From: a virus
Length of the DNA: 62,664 bases
Direction: 5' to 3' (one strand)
IMG/VR virus record: IMGVR_UViG_3300034134_000009
Location: 1 to 62,664 of that record
Program-made: the position numbers and the translations under genes
Part shown: positions 60,187 to 62,664 of the stretch, piece by piece
Layout of the letters: each line of letters begins with the position of its first letter
Numbering within the stretch: position 1 is the first letter of the stretch
Notes under the pieces: model-generated
Seen by the model: the letters and a program-made list of their open reading frames with translations, nothing else
Told to the model about the DNA's origin: nothing
The model's database searches: none

Positions 60187-60507
60187 ATGACGAACCTCGG
60201 ACTGGAAACCCTCGAAAAGATCGTCGCGAAGGCGGAGCACGACATCCGCCACGTCCGGATGGCCGTCGTCGACAACGGTCCCGAGTTCAACGCCGCTGTC
60301 GTTGACGCGCACACCGCAGCGGGGCAGGGATTCGGGGCCGGCACACAAGGGGCCCGCGTTCAGCACCTCTCCGCCCGGGCCGCGCAGTCCCTGATCGACG
60401 CGGAACAGTTGCTGGCCGCACTGAAACGCGAACTGATGAAGACGGCCGATGTGGTCGACAACGCGCGGGCCCGGGAGCGTTCCTGGGGCCCGACACTGGA
60501 CATCTGA
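60187..60507 (+). CDS. small helical protein ending ...GPTLDI
   Basis: ATG at residue 19 of track ORF 60133..60507, 5 nt after the upstream stop. Confidence 0.55.
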   Translation: MTNLGLETLEKIVAKAEHDIRHVRMAVVDNGPEFNAAVVDAHTAAGQGFGAGTQGARVQHLSARAAQSLIDAEQLLAALKRELMKTADVVDNARARERSWGPTLDI

Positions 60508-60525
60508 CAGAAGGGGGGCGGGGCG

Positions 60526-60909
60526 GTGTTCGACACTCAGGGGCGGGCCGACCGTCGGCGGCGCGACAGGGAACAGCAGCGCGCCGCCGCGAACCGGCGT
60601 ATCGGCCACGACATGGCGTATTGGATCGTTGCGGCTCCGATGATCTGCTGGGGCATTGCCGCCCTGGCCGTCGCGGTGGCTGTGCTGTGGGCGTGGACGT
60701 ACGTTCCGCACGAGAACATCGCCCGCTACCTCCTCGGTGCCGCCCTCATCCTGTGCGGAGTGTGGGCGGCCCGGAACCTGATCAGCGACACGCCGTCGGC
60801 CCGGGTCGCCGCGCGGGCGTCGGGTGTGACCCGCAACGGATGGCACCCGGTCGGTGTCGCCGGGCTGGTGTTGCTGGCCGCAGCGTTCGTGGTGTGGCGG
60901 ACCCTGTGA
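60526..60909 (+). CDS. membrane protein (3-4 TM)
   Basis: 127 aa. 'YWIVAAPMICWGIAALAVAVAVLWAW', 'LLGAALILCGVWAA', 'VGVAGLVLLAAAFVVW'. Confidence 0.55.
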   Translation: MFDTQGRADRRRRDREQQRAAANRRIGHDMAYWIVAAPMICWGIAALAVAVAVLWAWTYVPHENIARYLLGAALILCGVWAARNLISDTPSARVAARASGVTRNGWHPVGVAGLVLLAAAFVVWRTL

Positions 60910-61325
60910 CCGTCATCGTGGTGATCGCGGCGCTGTGGCTGACCGGGGCGCTGATCGCCCGAGCGTTCCGGTACCGGCCACGCCCCGCCCCCGTCATGGC
61001 ACCGTCCACGCGGCGCCGGATCCGGGCGAACATGCCCCACGACCTGTACCGGTACGAACACGTCGACCGGCCCGGCCTGCCGTGGTACATCGGCATCAGC
61101 GTCGAGCCGCTGGCCCGGCACCGCCGGCACGGCCGCGACGAAAAGGACCGCTGGTGGTACACCCAGTCCACCGGCGAAATGATCGTCATCGCCCGATTCC
61201 CGAACCGGGCGCAAGCCCTCGCTGCGGAACGTGCCGCCATCCAGTCGGCGGTCCGGCACCGCATCCCACTCGCGAACACGCAGCATGTGCCGTCCTGGCA
61301 TCGTCTGCGCACCACGACCCGCTGA
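60906..61325 (+). CDS. N-terminally anchored GIY-YIG-like protein
   Basis: GTGA overlap start. TM 'VIVVIAALWLTGALIA'. 'LYRYEH...LPWYIGIS...R..H...E' loosely fits GIY-YIG. Confidence 0.4.
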   Translation: MTVIVVIAALWLTGALIARAFRYRPRPAPVMAPSTRRRIRANMPHDLYRYEHVDRPGLPWYIGISVEPLARHRRHGRDEKDRWWYTQSTGEMIVIARFPNRAQALAAERAAIQSAVRHRIPLANTQHVPSWHRLRTTTR

Positions 61326-61343
61326 CCCGGAAAGGGGCCTCGC

Positions 61344-61667
61344 ATGACCACGAACGCCCGCCCGGCCCCGCCGTGCACCTGCCGATCGACCGGTGGCGTC
61401 TACCTCCTGTCGGCAAAACTTGCCGAGCTGTCCGGCAACGACCCCGCCAGGACTGCGGGGCTGTCGTGCGATGACGTGCACGGGCTGCTGCGGCAGCTAC
61501 TGGACATTCACCAGTTGACCGGGCTTGACGGTCGGCTCATCGCCGAACTCGACCCGCACACCCCGCGTTTCGAGCGGGGGTCGGAGCGTCTGGCGGTGGC
61601 GGTCATGCTGGCGACGGTCGCCGCGTTCTGCGGGTTGTGCGGCTTTTTCACGTGGGTGCTGTTCTGA
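61344..61667 (+). CDS. tail-anchored hypothetical protein
   Basis: 107 aa. C-terminal 'LAVAVMLATVAAFCGLCGFFTWVLF'. Confidence 0.5.
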   Translation: MTTNARPAPPCTCRSTGGVYLLSAKLAELSGNDPARTAGLSCDDVHGLLRQLLDIHQLTGLDGRLIAELDPHTPRFERGSERLAVAVMLATVAAFCGLCGFFTWVLF

Positions 61668-61708
61668 CCGCAGCCCCACCTTCTGCGACCGCTTCCGAAA
61701 GGCTGACC

Positions 61709-62281
61709 ATGAAAACGATCCGTGAACTGACCGCCGAGATTCGTGACATCAACGTTGAGAAGGGCTGGCGGCCGGCTGAGGGCGGCCCCGGCGAGAACAC
61801 CTGGGGTGACTATGTCGCCCTGCTGCACTCCGAGGTCTCCGAGATGCTCGAGGCGTACCGGGACTACCGGCTAGAGGACGGGACCGTGTACTGCGGCGCA
61901 GGCGAGAACCCGAAGCCTGAGGGTGTCGGTGCGGAAGCTGCTGACGTGCTGATCCGCCTGCTCGACATGTGCGATGTGTTCGACATCGAGCCGTTCGACA
62001 TGGACATGGAACTCCCCGACGTGTCCCCCGCCCTGACAACCCCGGGAGACCTGGAGTCCTTCGGCGACCGGGTGACGTGGCTGCACGGGATCATCACCTA
62101 CATGGGCCGTTCCGCTGGGGGCGAGGGAACCCCCGCCCTCGTTCTGCGTGCGCTGGTCGCCGTCTGCGAGCACTACGGCATCGACCTGGCCGCCGAGTGC
62201 GAGCGGAAGATCGCCTATAACCGGACGCGGGCTTTCCAGCACGGCGGCCGGACACTGGCCGGGAACCCTCGGTCTGCCTGA
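61709..62281 (+). CDS. mazG: MazG-like nucleotide pyrophosphohydrolase
   Basis: 'LHSEVSEMLEAYR' and 'GAEAADVLIRLLDM' are the EXXE/EXXD helices. ATG at residue 25 of the track ORF with a gaaagg RBS. Confidence 0.7.
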   Translation: MKTIRELTAEIRDINVEKGWRPAEGGPGENTWGDYVALLHSEVSEMLEAYRDYRLEDGTVYCGAGENPKPEGVGAEAADVLIRLLDMCDVFDIEPFDMDMELPDVSPALTTPGDLESFGDRVTWLHGIITYMGRSAGGEGTPALVLRALVAVCEHYGIDLAAECERKIAYNRTRAFQHGGRTLAGNPRSA

Positions 62282-62481
62282 TGGGCATGCGTGACCGGTG
62301 GCCGCTGCGACGCCGCCCCACCCCGCCCGGGTTCACGCCCGCCACCCCGTCCCCGTCCGTCCCCGACCGGGACTCAATCGTGGCCTGGCAACGAGCCACC
62401 CCCGTCGAGGGGTGGATGACTGTTCCCACCGACCCGCGACTGCCGTCCCCGGCGGTCGCCGACACAACGGAGGTTCCGCCC

Positions 62482-62664
62482 ATGACCGAATCAGACACCG
62501 ACCGGCCCGAGCCCGGCCCGCCGCCGCTACGCAAACCTGCGTGCGAAGCCTGCGGACGACCGTTCCCAACCGTCGCCGACCACCTACGCGCCTCCATCGA
62601 TTTCGTCGACAACGCCGGCCCGACGGTCGGCGACGACGTCGTGATCCAGTTCTATAGCCGGCTG
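62482..62664 (+). CDS. globin-domain protein, N-terminal part (runs off the window; continues at 128)
   Basis: ATG with acggagg RBS 8 nt upstream. The same frame is open back to an ATG at 62281, which overlaps the MazG stop, so the true start may be earlier. 'CEACGRPF' Cys pair. Confidence 0.6.
   Translation, partial: MTESDTDRPEPGPPPLRKPACEACGRPFPTVADHLRASIDFVDNAGPTVGDDVVIQFYSRL
62538..62664. repeat. 127-bp terminal direct repeat, identical to 1..127
   Basis: See feature 1..127. Confidence 0.9.

Noticed and set aside
62281-62481. A separate small Pro-rich gene between MazG and the globin start.
   Set aside because: It is in the same frame as the globin ORF with no intervening stop. It is either an N-terminal extension or untranslated. 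I kept 62482 (good RBS) as the working start and flagged the alternative.
1-62664. CRISPR arrays, rRNA genes, insertion sequences or transposases.
   Set aside because: I noticed no regularly spaced 25-40-bp direct repeats, no rRNA-like conserved blocks, and no DDE or serine-recombinase-like ORFs while reading the track and sequence. I did not run a formal scan.

Overview
This window reads as a complete, circularly assembled tailed-phage genome from a high-G+C, actinobacterial-type host. The first 127 bp are identical to the last 127 bp, so the unique length is 62,537 bp. I did not compute G+C or codon statistics; calls rest on protein motifs read from the ORF track, start/stop overlaps, and motifs and hairpins read by eye. 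Layout: a minus-strand late operon (27.7 kb down to 4.6 kb) encodes a papain-like peptidase, a putative small terminase, large terminase, portal, prohead protease, major capsid, head-tail proteins, major tail, chaperones, tape measure, minor tail and receptor-binding proteins. A second minus-strand arm (55.7 kb down to 29.6 kb) carries early genes: ERF annealase, YqaJ exonuclease, RuvC-like resolvase, sliding clamp and a RepA-like AAA helicase. It then carries a block of small beta-rich proteins, HNH, a lysis cassette and a small regulator operon. A plus-strand arm (56.0 kb across the junction to 4.5 kb) encodes a DUF2637-like membrane protein, an FtsK/TraB-like translocase, MazG, a globin and a DNA methyltransferase. 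Features worth a second look: a six-copy promoter with an embedded palindromic operator (three copies give leaderless mRNAs); an antisense Mom-like cassette inside the head operon; three non-canonical tRNA-like elements in two long non-coding gaps; several iteron-like repeat clusters; a phage globin; and three small proteins sharing a C-terminal TLD[IV] tail next to the translocase. I found no integrase, partition system, CRISPR array, rRNA or reverse transcriptase.
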